Assembly: GCA_028704635.1 (NCBI GenBank)
Contig: JAQWFB010000002.1
Span: forward strand, 693-64,692
Length of the DNA: 64,000 nt
Direction: 5' to 3'
Origin: Candidatus Shapirobacteria bacterium
GTDB taxonomy: Bacteria > Patescibacteriota > Microgenomatia > UBA12405
Shown here: one piece after another, positions 56,653 to 64,000 of the stretch
Numbering within the stretch: the first letter of the stretch is position 1
Layout: each line of letters starts with the position of its first letter
Made by a program: the position numbers and the translations under genes
The notes under the pieces: generated by a model
The model's input: only the letters and a program-made list of their open reading frames with translations
What the model was told of the DNA's origin: nothing
Databases searched by the model: none

Positions 56653-57615
56653 GTGAATAGTCAGGAAAAAATATTGGAAGTAATTAAAAAATTTCAATTT
56701 GAAATCGTCAAAACTGTTGTTTTCGGTATTAAAAATTCAACAGGTAATCTAAGCGATGTTTCTAGTCAAGGTAATGGTGATATTTCATACAAAATTGATT
56801 CGTTTGCTGAAAGTAAAATTGATGGTTTAGGTAAGAAAATAATTAGTCTCGGTTATTCTGTCGAAATCACTGCCGAGGGTATTGGTAAAAGGAAATATTT
56901 AGTTAGTAATAATTCCACCCCCGATTTTGCCATTATTATCGACCCTATCGACGGCACCAGAGGTATCATGTACGATTTTCGTAGTGCCTTTGTTCTTACG
57001 GGTGTCGCCCCATATCGACCAGAAGGTAATACTCTTAACGATATTGAAATTGCAGTCCAAACCGAAATTCCTACCTCCAAACAAGACCGTATTTCTATCC
57101 TTTGGGCCATCAAAAATTATGGTGCCTATCATCAAATTTTTGATCTAAAAACCAAAAAAATAACCAACGAACCTATTAAAACTTCTTCTGAAAAAAATCT
57201 TGATCACGGTTTTGCCGTTTTTGTGAATTTTTTTCCGGGAGTAAAAGAAAAAATTGGCCAAATTGCCGATCTAGTTTTTCAAAAAGTCCAAAAAAATAAA
57301 GAAAAAAAATATTCTGTTATTTTTGACGACCAATATATTTCCAATGCTGGTCAAATTTATCTCATGACCACTGGTAAATATCGTTTTGTTGCCGATATCC
57401 GTCCAATTTTTGGAGAATTATCTGGCCTTACCGCCCACCCTTATGATCTTTGCACTATTCTAATTGCCACCGAAGCCGGCGCGATTTTTACCAACCTCAA
57501 CGGTAAAAATATAGATTACCCTTTCGACACTGACACTAAATGCGGTTTTATTGCCTACGCCAACCAAGATTTGCAAAATCTAATTGAACCCATACTTCTA
57601 CCTTTATTAAAATAA
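56653..57615 (+). CDS. inositol monophosphatase/FBPase-family protein
   Basis: EG, IIDPIDGTRG, HPYD..LIATEAG. Confidence 0.82.
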   Translation: MNSQEKILEVIKKFQFEIVKTVVFGIKNSTGNLSDVSSQGNGDISYKIDSFAESKIDGLGKKIISLGYSVEITAEGIGKRKYLVSNNSTPDFAIIIDPIDGTRGIMYDFRSAFVLTGVAPYRPEGNTLNDIEIAVQTEIPTSKQDRISILWAIKNYGAYHQIFDLKTKKITNEPIKTSSEKNLDHGFAVFVNFFPGVKEKIGQIADLVFQKVQKNKEKKYSVIFDDQYISNAGQIYLMTTGKYRFVADIRPIFGELSGLTAHPYDLCTILIATEAGAIFTNLNGKNIDYPFDTDTKCGFIAYANQDLQNLIEPILLPLLK

Positions 57616-57632
57616 AATTTAACAGACCTTTG

Positions 57633-57674
57633 GCCTCGGCTATTGATATTTTTATCAAAACCGAGGCTTTTTTT
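57633..57674 (+). terminator. intrinsic terminator
   Basis: gcctcgg...ccgaggc + T7. Confidence 0.75.
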
Positions 57675-57742
57675 ATTAAAAAATGACAAATTTTAGTTAA
57701 ACGACAAATTTATCTTTTTATCTGTTATAATAACCCCATCAA

Positions 57743-57822
57743 CCGAAGACAGCCGGCACTCAAATAAGTCCAGCCGAGGCAAAACAATTTATTTGTTTTA
57801 ATTGCGCCTCGATCTTCGAGGC
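57743..57822 (+). promoter_or_regulatory. L10 leader (ribosomal protein autoregulation)
   Basis: CCGAAGACAGCCGG..TAA..CCAGCCGAGG directly upstream of rplJ, after TGTTATAAT. Confidence 0.75.
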
Positions 57823-57849
57823 CCTTTTTATTTAAAAATACAAAACAAT

Positions 57850-58362
57850 ATGCCAACTACACAAAAAATCAACCAAGTTGAAGAAGTTGCTAAAAAAATT
57901 AGCGAAGCTAAGTCTGCTGCTTTGGTTCAGTATCAAGGCTTAAATGCTGCTGACACCACCGATCTTAGAGCTAGCATTAAAAATGTCGGCGGTTCAATTG
58001 AAGTTGTCAAAAATTCACTTATTACTCGAGCCCTCGAAAAATTAGGTATCAAATTACCAGAAGAGTTAACCGGTCCAACTGCCATTGCCTACTGTAATGA
58101 AGATGAAATTGCTCCTCTAAAAGAAATTGACAAAGTCAACAGTGCTAAAGATAAAACCAGTTTCAAATATGGCATCTACAATAAAAAACTTTTGTCTCTC
58201 GATGAATTAAAAACTTTTTTAAGTTTACCTTCAAAAAGCACTCTTATTTCTCAATTCGTTGGTGGCCTTGCCAACCCTCTTCAGAGATTAGCTTATGCTC
58301 TTCGTTTTAACCAAACTCAATTGGTTTTAACCCTTAAAGCCTTGTCTGAAAAACAAAAATAA
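57850..58362 (+). CDS. rplJ: 50S ribosomal protein L10
   Basis: YQGL, VVKNSL, LTGPTAIA, LPSK; upstream of rplL. Confidence 0.94.
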   Translation: MPTTQKINQVEEVAKKISEAKSAALVQYQGLNAADTTDLRASIKNVGGSIEVVKNSLITRALEKLGIKLPEELTGPTAIAYCNEDEIAPLKEIDKVNSAKDKTSFKYGIYNKKLLSLDELKTFLSLPSKSTLISQFVGGLANPLQRLAYALRFNQTQLVLTLKALSEKQK

Positions 58363-58398
58363 AAAAATTATTAATTATTAATTAAAAATTAAAAAAAT

Positions 58399-58797
58399 AT
58401 GTCAGAAGAAAAAAAAGTAAGCGCAAAAATTGAAAAAATAATCGATTCTGTTGCTGAATTAACCGTTATTGAGCTTTCCGAATTAGTTAAAGCTCTTGAA
58501 GAAAAATTTGATGTCAAAGCTGTTGCCGCTGCTGCTCCTGTAGCTGCTGCTGGTGCTGCCGCTGCTGCTCCTGTAGCTGAAGAGAAAAACGAATTTGATG
58601 TCGTTATCACTTCTGCTGGCGCTAACAAAATTGCCGTCATCAAAGCTGTTAGAGAATTTAAACCAGAACTTGGCCTTAAAGAAGCTAAAGACATGGTCGA
58701 TGCTTGTCCAGCCAACCTTGGTACTATGAAAAAAGATGCTGCTAATGATGCTAAAGCAAAATTAGAAGCCGCTGGTGCTCAAGTTGAATTAAAATAA
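58399..58797 (+). CDS. rplL: 50S ribosomal protein L7/L12
   Basis: LEEKFDV, Ala hinge, [23 protein letters not shown]. Confidence 0.97.
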   Translation: MSEEKKVSAKIEKIIDSVAELTVIELSELVKALEEKFDVKAVAAAAPVAAAGAAAAAPVAEEKNEFDVVITSAGANKIAVIKAVREFKPELGLKEAKDMVDACPANLGTMKKDAANDAKAKLEAAGAQVELK

Positions 58798-58831
58798 TTC
58801 TTTTATTTTAAAACATTTAAAATCCCCCTTT

Positions 58832-59361
58832 TTAGGGGGATTTTTTATTGTAACTAATCGGATTATCTCTAATATATTTTCTGACCATTAAATATTCTTT
58901 TTCATTGCGAATAATTCGTTCGTAATAATTTCGTTGCCATAATTTAATTCCAATTTCTTTTGATGTGTTCATTTTAAAATACCCAATAATATTTGATAAT
59001 AATGACCTGTGTAGGGGCGATTCATGAATCGCCCCATTTAAAACATCGACATCATTAATATTAATTTCATTATTTATTTTTTCATTCATTTTGGGCGAAT
59101 CATGATTCGCCCCTACAATTTTAATGATCATATGCAAATGGTCTGGCATAATTTGATAACCATCGATTTTAACGTCAAAACGATTTATTAAATTTAATAA
59201 CCAAATTTTACATACCAACCATTTTTATTTAAATCCATTTTTCCATTTTCAATTTCCCCAAATATTTCATTTCGATTTTGCACACAAATCGTTACAAAAT
59301 AATATCCATTTTTTGAATAATCAAACCCATCCAATCTAATCGATATTCTGTGATATTTCAC
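58832..59361 (-). pseudogene. REP-associated tyrosine transposase (RAYT, Y1 HUH), frameshifted
   Basis: 5' frame (GTG 59361) HRISIRLDGFDYSKNGYYFVTIC..; 3' frame IMPDHLH, LWQRNYYERIIR, YIRDNP; shift near 59218; two REPs inside (59011, 59093). Confidence 0.85.
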
Positions 59362-59382
59362 ACATTAATGATATCAAAAAAT

Positions 59383-59862
59383 TTATAACTTTTCTAAAAA
59401 ATCACCCCAACCGATCTTCGTATAAGTTTCTTTACATTCCTTTTCTAAAACTCCACCCACCACTTCTGGTTCATCACTAAAAAAAGGCTTAATTTTAGAA
59501 AGCCCTTTATCTTGCAAAATATTCCATTTGCTTTTACCACCCATATTAGGCGATCTAACCCCAAAAACCACTTTTTTGAAATGCAATTCTCTCATCATAA
59601 AAGAACACATCGGACAAGGTTCACAGTTTGAATAAATTTCACAATCCTTTAAATCTTTACTTTTAAGTTTCTTTTGGGCTTTTCTCATTGCCATTATTTC
59701 TGCATGACTGGTAACATCACATTTTTTTTCATTAGCATTAGTCACCTTAACAATTATTTTTCCATTTTTAACAATCAAACTTCCAAAAGGTGCTTCGCCT
59801 TTTTTAACTGACTGTTCAGCCAATTCTATACATTTTTTGATATAAAACTCATTATTTTTCAT
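59383..59862 (-). CDS. nucleoside deaminase (TadA/guanine deaminase family)
   Basis: PFGS, HAEI, EPCPMC. Confidence 0.88.
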   Translation of the reverse strand: MKNNEFYIKKCIELAEQSVKKGEAPFGSLIVKNGKIIVKVTNANEKKCDVTSHAEIMAMRKAQKKLKSKDLKDCEIYSNCEPCPMCSFMMRELHFKKVVFGVRSPNMGGKSKWNILQDKGLSKIKPFFSDEPEVVGGVLEKECKETYTKIGWGDFLEKL

Positions 59863-59890
59863 TTAGTATATTTTACCTCCAACACCAACA

Positions 59891-59920
59891 AAAAGCCCTC
59901 CGAAATTTCAGAGGGCTTTT
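59891..59920. terminator. intrinsic terminator after micropeptide
   Basis: aaaagccctc..gagggctttt. Confidence 0.75.
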
Positions 59921-59935
59921 AAGTTCTCAAATTTT

Positions 59936-60031
59936 TTATTTACAGCCGCAACCACAGCTAGGACCACAGCCACAACTACTCTTTTTAACAGCCTTTTTAA
60001 CGGGCTTCTTAACAGGTTTTTTTACGGGCAT
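59936..60031 (-). CDS. Lys-rich/Cys-rich micropeptide (31 aa)
   Basis: MPVKKPVKKPVKKAVKKSSCGCGPSCGCGCK with own terminator. Confidence 0.7.
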   Translation of the reverse strand: MPVKKPVKKPVKKAVKKSSCGCGPSCGCGCK

Positions 60032-60108
60032 ATTTTTTTAAATTAATAATCTAATTTAATCTAACCACCAAAACTAACTCTCGTCAATAGTGTTATTTCT
60101 AACAAATA

Positions 60109-61164
60109 TTATACTAACTCGTTTCTATTTTCTGCCTTCAAAGTATCCACTACCTCTCCCACTCTCCCACTATTCTCTTTTTTCATAATTAATAAAGCAT
60201 CCCCAGTATCCACTACCACTAAATTTTCCACTCCTATTAAGGCTACATATTTCTTATCTTTTCTATAAACAAAATTTTGGTTACTATCCAATTCTAAAAC
60301 ATCCTCTGGTTGGTAGGTTCCTTTTTCCTTCATATAATTAGCCACCGATTCCCATGTTCCAAAATCAACCCAATTAAAGGGTAATTCTACTACTAACGCC
60401 TCACCATTTTTATAAACTAATTTAGTCACCTCTTCTATTCCTGCCTTTGGCATTTTGCCATATTCACTCACCACATCACCATTATTGGCAATCGCCACCA
60501 ATGGTTCATACCACTCTGGTTTATATTTTTGATACATCTTCAATAAATTATTTGGTGTCATCGAAGTATGATTAGCGTGCAACAATAATTTATCTGTTCC
60601 TAAATATTGTTTAATTTTTTCTTCTTCAGTTCTATCAATATAATCAGCCACTTCAAAAATTCTCACTCCACTTTCTTCACTTACCAAATTTCCCTTAACC
60701 AAATAATCCACCCCTCTTACAATCGACTGTGGCACAAATCCCCCGGTAATATATTTATCATTAATTCGACCCAATTTTTCCTGTTCCCCAATCATATCTA
60801 AAAACTTTTCATCCGGTTCTCTTAAAACATCCGCTTGAACCAAAATAAAAGGCTCATCTCCAAATCCTCTTTTAATTAATTGTGCCGCCGCAAAACCAGT
60901 TGCCGGACCTTGATTTCTCATTTCTGGTTCCACAAAAATATTTTCATCAATAATTTCTGGAATTAAATTTTTAGCGATTTTAGCCTGTACTTCATTAGTT
61001 TGTAAAAATATTTCCTCTGGGCCAAATTTCTTTCTTAAAGCCTCATAATTCAATTGAAATAAAGATTTACCATTAATCAGTGGTAAAAAGTGTTTAGGCA
61101 TCGCATTTCGACTCATTGGCCACATTTTTGAGCCAACACCACCACAAATAATTACAGTTTTCAT
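60109..61164 (-). CDS. manC: mannose-1-phosphate guanylyltransferase family
   Basis: GGVGSKMWPMSR..PKHF, EP..RN, WVDFGTW, VVVDTGDALL. Confidence 0.85.
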   Translation of the reverse strand: MKTVIICGGVGSKMWPMSRNAMPKHFLPLINGKSLFQLNYEALRKKFGPEEIFLQTNEVQAKIAKNLIPEIIDENIFVEPEMRNQGPATGFAAAQLIKRGFGDEPFILVQADVLREPDEKFLDMIGEQEKLGRINDKYITGGFVPQSIVRGVDYLVKGNLVSEESGVRIFEVADYIDRTEEEKIKQYLGTDKLLLHANHTSMTPNNLLKMYQKYKPEWYEPLVAIANNGDVVSEYGKMPKAGIEEVTKLVYKNGEALVVELPFNWVDFGTWESVANYMKEKGTYQPEDVLELDSNQNFVYRKDKKYVALIGVENLVVVDTGDALLIMKKENSGRVGEVVDTLKAENRNELV

Positions 61165-61174
61165 ATTTTTTTAT

Positions 61175-62194
61175 TTAATTATTAACTCCTTCCATAAATT
61201 TTTTAATATTCTCTACTGTTGTTCCCACAATTCTTCCAATCGCCTCTTTAGTATTAAAGGCATTGTGTGGTGTAAAAATCACGTCATCTCTATCCCGAAG
61301 TAAGTGAAAACTCAAAACATCCTGCAATTCATCTTTAGTAATTTTTTTACTCATCACCACACTCACACTTTCCAACATACTTTCATCTTCTGTCACATCC
61401 AATGCTGCCCCAGCTAAAGTTTTATTATTCAATGCCCACACAATTGCCTCTGTTTCAATTACCGGCCCTCGTGATGTATTAACCAAATAACTTCCTTTTT
61501 TCATCAATTTAATATTTTTCTTATTAATCAAATGAAATGTTTCCGGAATTGATGGTACATGCAAGGTCACAATATCCGCTTCTTTCAAACAAGTTTCTAA
61601 ATCAACAATTTTACAACCAATTTTTTTTGCCACTTCAGGTGGTAATCTTTCGTCCACTCCTAAAACTTTCATTCCAAAGGCTCTGGCGATTCGCACTACA
61701 TTTTGCCCTATGTTTCCAACACCTATCACTCCTAATATTTTTCCATCCAAATCTACTCCTGTCAAACCCTCTGGGCTAAATTCTCCATTCTCCACCGATT
61801 GATGAGCTTCAACTATTTTTCTCGTAATTGCCAACATCAAAGCAAAAGTATATTCCGCTACTGTTTTTGACCCATAAACTGGCACATTCGCCACCACTAT
61901 TTTTCTTTTATTACACTCTCCAATATCCACATTGTCAATTCCTGTTGACCTAGCTGCAATCATTTTTAAATTTGGCAACTTACATAAAGATTCTTTGTCA
62001 AAAATAGAATAAATAAAAGGCGAAATAATGTCATATTTTGCCGCCAATTCTAAATTATCTTGAACTTCTCCTTCAAAAATTCCAATCCCAAAACTGTCCA
62101 ATTTTCCAATTTCTTTTTCAATTATCTCCCTCTCCCAACTCTTAACTCCAAAAAACGCAATTCGTAAGTCAGCCTTTGGTTGATTATATTCCAT
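61175..62194 (-). CDS. D-2-hydroxyacid dehydrogenase (D-lactate dehydrogenase-like)
   Basis: RSTGIDNVD, GVGNIG, NTSRG, ALDV, TPHNAF. Confidence 0.9.
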   Translation of the reverse strand: MEYNQPKADLRIAFFGVKSWEREIIEKEIGKLDSFGIGIFEGEVQDNLELAAKYDIISPFIYSIFDKESLCKLPNLKMIAARSTGIDNVDIGECNKRKIVVANVPVYGSKTVAEYTFALMLAITRKIVEAHQSVENGEFSPEGLTGVDLDGKILGVIGVGNIGQNVVRIARAFGMKVLGVDERLPPEVAKKIGCKIVDLETCLKEADIVTLHVPSIPETFHLINKKNIKLMKKGSYLVNTSRGPVIETEAIVWALNNKTLAGAALDVTEDESMLESVSVVMSKKITKDELQDVLSFHLLRDRDDVIFTPHNAFNTKEAIGRIVGTTVENIKKFMEGVNN

Positions 62195-62218
62195 ATACCA
62201 ATCATAACAAAATTCAAT

Positions 62219-62785
62219 CTATTTTTTAATGGCAACAACTCCTTGATGTACTTCCCTAATCGCATTTTTTACAAAATATTTCATTTTTCCACCATCAACA
62301 TTCATTTTAATTTCTGTCAACCCCTCTCCTTTTCTCTTATAATCTAAATTCCTAAAATCAGATACAAATTTACCTGACTTTTCCGTTATTAACTTTTTAT
62401 AAGCTTCAGCTGAAGATGAATTTCCTTCAGCGTGCAAAAAAATCACTTTTAAATCACTACCACTTAAACCAGTAATTTTCTCTCTAATAAAGCAATTCAT
62501 TATTTCTGAACCATTCGCATCACTATTCAAATTAGGATAGTGAGCTCCAATAAATTTCTCACCATCAGTGATAAAAAGACCTTCACACCCACCAAATTTA
62601 TTTGAACTTATCTCCATTCCTTCAACTAACTCAATCGAATTTTCAGTTCTGGTCAAATAATTAATTTCGACACTATTTGGATTTTTTTGAATTTCACTAA
62701 TGGGTAACTCACCAATTTCCATAACCAATTCTACATCAAAAAAATTAACTAAAATATTTTTGATTATTGACACACTAATATCCAA
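62219..62785 (-). CDS. hypothetical protein
   Basis: ORF with FGGC...GAH; start uncertain. Confidence 0.55.
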   Translation of the reverse strand: MDISVSIIKNILVNFFDVELVMEIGELPISEIQKNPNSVEINYLTRTENSIELVEGMEISSNKFGGCEGLFITDGEKFIGAHYPNLNSDANGSEIMNCFIREKITGLSGSDLKVIFLHAEGNSSSAEAYKKLITEKSGKFVSDFRNLDYKRKGEGLTEIKMNVDGGKMKYFVKNAIREVHQGVVAIKK

Positions 62786-62838
62786 TATGTTTTACTGATA
62801 TTAATTAATCATTATTTCGATACAAAAGGACCCACCTA

Positions 62839-63099
62839 ATGGACTATCAAACAGAATCACAAGACCAACTTGTGAAACAAAATTCCGCCGCCCCAAAAAA
62901 AATAAATGGAGTCTCCATCGACAATCTTCCCGACCTCTTAACCGTCGCTGAAGTCGCCGATTTACTCCGCGTCAGTAAATTAACCATCAAGAGATGGGGA
63001 AAACGAGGTAAACTGCCAGCCATTCGTATCAATGCTCGTGGTGATCGCCGTTACCGAAAAGAAGCTGTCTTATGGTTACTTGGAATCCAAGCCGAATAA
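62839..63099 (+). CDS. HTH_17/MerR-like (BldC-like) DNA-binding protein
   Basis: LLTVAEVADLLRVSKLTIKRW...RGDRRY. Confidence 0.88.
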   Translation: MDYQTESQDQLVKQNSAAPKKINGVSIDNLPDLLTVAEVADLLRVSKLTIKRWGKRGKLPAIRINARGDRRYRKEAVLWLLGIQAE

Positions 63100-63151
63100 A
63101 AATTTAGTATTCCGTAGCCTTAGCGAAGGATACCCTGCCCAAAATAAAATC

Positions 63152-63577
63152 ATGAGTCACGAAATACCCAAAAATTATATTACTCCCGATGGAATATCTA
63201 TCGATCACAAATTTTTAGAAAATCGATTTAAACCAACCTCTGATTATCACCAATTACCAAGAGAATATGGCAGTCCTCTTGAGACTGAATTACTCACCGA
63301 TAATCTTATTTATAAAAACAATAAATATATTGCCCTTTCTCCAACTGATCCGGATCAATTACCAAGACTTCCGTTCGGAATTACCCCTATTATTCTTCAA
63401 ATTAAAGAAGTTGAAAATAATATTTCCTATCTTCCAGTAGAAGATGACGAAACGCTCATCGGTGTTTGTCGGGAATTATTTAAATATTTTGACAAAGTAG
63501 AAGAAGAATTATCAAGATTTGTTGAAAACATTAAAAAAATCGATTTTAATTTTAAACCCCGTAATTCTAAATTTTAA
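63152..63577 (+). CDS. hypothetical protein
   Basis: ORF from ATG MSHEIPK. Confidence 0.5.
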   Translation: MSHEIPKNYITPDGISIDHKFLENRFKPTSDYHQLPREYGSPLETELLTDNLIYKNNKYIALSPTDPDQLPRLPFGITPIILQIKEVENNISYLPVEDDETLIGVCRELFKYFDKVEEELSRFVENIKKIDFNFKPRNSKF

Positions 63578-63754
63578 TTAATCTTCCGCTCCACAAATTT
63601 CTTCCAAACTTGGGTACCCCTCCCCAACCCTGACCGCCTCTTTTCTTTTATCCTCAACTAATTTTGGTAAATTTTCTCTAAATCTTTGTGTTGCCTCATC
63701 AACACTTCTTTGCCTTATTATAGGCATAATATCAATTATTTTCTCTTTATTCAT
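63578..63754 (-). CDS. hypothetical small protein (58 aa)
   Basis: ATGA overlap with ruvB stop; MNKEKIIDIMPIIRQRSVDE... Confidence 0.5.
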   Translation of the reverse strand: MNKEKIIDIMPIIRQRSVDEATQRFRENLPKLVEDKRKEAVRVGEGYPSLEEICGAED

Positions 63755-64000
63755 GTCAACACTCTTCCTTTAGGTGTTCGTTTAATTAATCCTTTTTTCA
63801 TCAAAAAAGGTTCGTAAACTTCCGTAATTGTTCCCACGTCTTCGGTTAAAGCCGCTGCAATATTTTCCACTCCAACTGGCCCACCACCATATTGTTTTTG
63901 AATAATTTCCAAATATTTTCGATCCGCATCTGACAAACCATCTTCATCCACCCCCAACATTTTTAAAGCTTCCTCAACTTCATTCAAAGTAATCAATCCA
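63751..64000 (-). CDS. ruvB: Holliday junction helicase RuvB, C-terminal part
   Basis: GGGPVG, EVYEPFL, RTPKGR. Confidence 0.93.
   Translation of the reverse strand, partial: GLITLNEVEEALKMLGVDEDGLSDADRKYLEIIQKQYGGGPVGVENIAAALTEDVGTITEVYEPFLMKKGLIKRTPKGRVLT

Noticed and set aside
1252-63032. Many 60-125 aa ORFs in the track overlapping longer genes (e.g. 1978-2217, 20504-20761, 32786-33163, 48193-48522, 58389-58715)
   Set aside because: Antisense or out-of-frame shadows of well-supported genes with no motifs.
62839-63099. Prophage excisionase
   Set aside because: No integrase or phage genes nearby; host-like codon usage suggests a resident regulator.

Overview
This is a low-GC window from a reduced bacterial genome, most likely CPR/Patescibacteria of the Microgenomates type. 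That placement is inferred from a short EF-Ts, an internally trimmed L1, a CPR-type VirB4/TraG-like ATPase, ThyX and many apparently leaderless genes. Most of the window is housekeeping: rpsB-tsf-frr-rseP, topA, mreB-mrdA, def/fmt, thyX-tmk-prs-glyA, nrdR-nrdJ-pduO, secE-nusG-rplK-rplA, rplJ-rplL, murF/ddl, the ruvB end and 5 tRNAs. The most interesting signals are non-coding and missed by the ORF track. (1) A complete type III hammerhead ribozyme lies at 33659-33710. (2) It closes a 2.6-kb island of promoter/boxA-like cassettes holding an ORF-free twin-hairpin RNA and two secreted proteins with a shared unknown domain. (3) A compact cobalamin riboswitch after nrdJ-pduO precedes an unknown Cys-tailed protein. 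(4) There is a 6S-like rod RNA at 16495-16649. (5) A non-EpmB radical SAM gene is coupled to epmA. (6) There are two MPVKKP- micropeptides, one histone H1-like and one with a metallothionein-like tail. (7) A frameshifted RAYT occurs with REP and other palindromes inserted in frame inside genes. All calls come from reading motifs by eye; no database searches were run.
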